The notes under the pieces were generated by a model. The model made no database searches, was not told the DNA's origin, and saw only the letters and a list, made by a program, of their open reading frames with translations. Positions 62,538 through 64,000 of a stretch of 64,000 nucleotides of DNA are shown here, one piece after another. The stretch is from Vulcanimicrobiota bacterium (GTDB lineage Bacteria > Vulcanimicrobiota > Xenobia > Xenobiales > JADMJV01). The position numbers and the translations under genes are program-made. The stretch is taken from assembly GCA_050250895.1 (NCBI GenBank), contig JBFWNU010000003.1, positions 299,292 to 363,291 of the forward strand, written 5' to 3'. Each line of letters begins with the position of its first letter. Within the stretch, counting starts at the first letter, position 1.

Positions 62538-62882
62538 ACTTCCACCTGGAAGTGACCAAGCCCGCCGAAGCCCCCCGGGCCCAGCGAGCCAGGCGTAGTA
62601 ACGGCGCGCGGCGATTCGGCTGTGCCCACCAGGCCTCGGCCCGCGCGGCGACCGACCCCCGGGGCAACCGGAAAGCCCCGACTTCCAGCTGGAAGTTGGG
62701 CAGGAACTCGCCGCCGCCGATTTCGTGCGGAAGTGACCAAACCCGCCGTAGCCCCCCCCGGAGGGCACGACGAGCCAGGCTTAGCAACGGCGCGCAGCGA
62801 TTCGGCGGTGCCCACCAGGCCTCGGTCCGAGGGCGACCGACCCACGGGGCAACCCGGAAAGCCGCGACTTCCACCTGGAAGT
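62538..62882. repeat. Two diverged direct repeats of about 180 bp bounded by ACTTCC-N4-GGAAGT palindromes
   Basis: GAAGTGACCAA...TGCCCACCAGGCCTCGG...GGAAAGCC occurs twice; cores at 62538, 62681, 62867. Confidence 0.85.
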
Positions 62883-62916
62883 GCCACACGCTCTCGCCGC
62901 CTTTGGCTGGGCTAGG

Positions 62917-64000
62917 CTGCGGGCCGAGTGGCCGGTTGTGCGCCGCACACCAGCCAACCCGCGTTGTGCGGCGCACACTTGCGCCGTACACTGGCTGAAC
63001 CAGACTGTGCGGCGCAAACCCACCGGAGGATAGCGAGCAAGTGTTCGCCCGGAGCGGCGGAGGCCGGGACTTCCAGCTGGAAGTGGCCCCGCCTCTGGCT
63101 GGGCCAAGCCGCCGCCGCGGGCCGAGTGGCCGGTTGTGCGCCGCACACCAGCCAACCCGCGTTGTGCGGCGCACACTTGCGCCGTACACTGGCTAAACCA
63201 GAGTGTGCGGCGCACACCCACCGGAGGATATCGAGCAAGTGTTCGCCCGGGACGGCGGAGGCCGGGACTTCCAGCTGGAAGTGGCTCCGCCTCTGGCTGG
63301 GCCAAGCCGCCGCCGAGGGCGAGGCCGCGGACCGGGCCAGCGGTCGCCGACGCGGGTCAGGTTGTGCGCCGCACACCAGCCAACCCACGTTGTGCGGCGC
63401 ACACTTGCGCCGTACACTGGCTAAACCAGAGTGTGCGGCGCACACCCACCGGAGGAAAGCGAGCAAGTGTTCGCCCGGGGCGGCGGAGGCCGGGACTTCC
63501 AGCTGGAAGTGGCTCCGCCTCTGGCTGGGCCAAGCCGCCGCCGAGGGCGAGGCCGCGGACCGGGCCAGCGGTCGCCGAGCGGGTCAGGATGTGCGCCGCA
63601 CACCAGCCAACCCGCGTTGTGCGGCGCACACTTGCGCCGCACACTGGCTAAACCAGACTGTGCGGCGCACACCCACCGGACGATAGCGAGCAAGTGTTCG
63701 TCCCGGGGCGGCGGAGGCCGGGACTTCCAGCTGGAAGTGGCCCCGCCTCTGGCTGGGCCAAGCCGCCGCCGAGGGCGAGGCCGCGGACCGGGCCAGCGGT
63801 CGCCGACGCGGGTCAGGTTGTGCGCCGCACACCAGCCAACCCGCGTTGTGCGGCGCACACTTGCGCCGCACACTGGCTAAACCAGACTGTGCGGCGCACA
63901 CCCACCGGACGATAGCGAGCAAGTGTTCGTCCCGGGGCGGCGGAGGCCGGGACTTCCAGCTGGAAGTGGCCCCGCCTCTGGCTGGGCCAAGCCGCCGCCG
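62917..64000. repeat. Tandem array of near-identical units of about 228 bp, continuing past the window end
   Basis: ACTTCCAGCTGGAAGT at 63069, 63267, 63495, 63723, 63952 (spacings 198, 228, 228, 229); multiple TGTGCG(C/G)CGCACA palindromes per unit. Confidence 0.95.

Noticed and set aside
62460-63922. Many overlapping Cys/Arg-rich ORFs
   Set aside because: By-products of the tandem array; the 229-bp spacing breaks the frame

Overview
GC-rich bacterial chromosomal window, densely coding. I found no rRNA, tRNA, CRISPR array or transposase. Left to right: a NarL-type regulator; a CheR-PAS hybrid kinase; a lytic transglycosylase and a class A PBP; a minus-strand NAD cluster (NMN adenylyltransferase, stand-alone Ser/Thr kinase, vWA protein, truncated pyruvate-kinase-like enzyme, glutamine-dependent NadE) with two tandem NrtR-type operators in front of the vWA gene; an adjacent, visibly lower-GC three-gene nuclease island that may be a defence locus; a P450; a P-loop ATPase fused to an atypical class III nucleotide cyclase; a K+ channel; a uxaC-SDR-LarA-family hexuronate operon; a PsrABC/YeeE/rhodanese sulfur-reduction operon behind an FNR-like leaderless promoter; a convergent cysteine synthase-JAB-(MoaD::MoeZ) operon; a paladin/PTP-like phosphatase; an acyltransferase. 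Several non-coding tandem repeat arrays share an ACTTCC-N4-GGAAGT palindrome. The best candidate for an undescribed system is the NrtR-boxed kinase/vWA/PK-like/NadE module beside the nuclease island. All calls come from reading motifs by eye; no database search was run.
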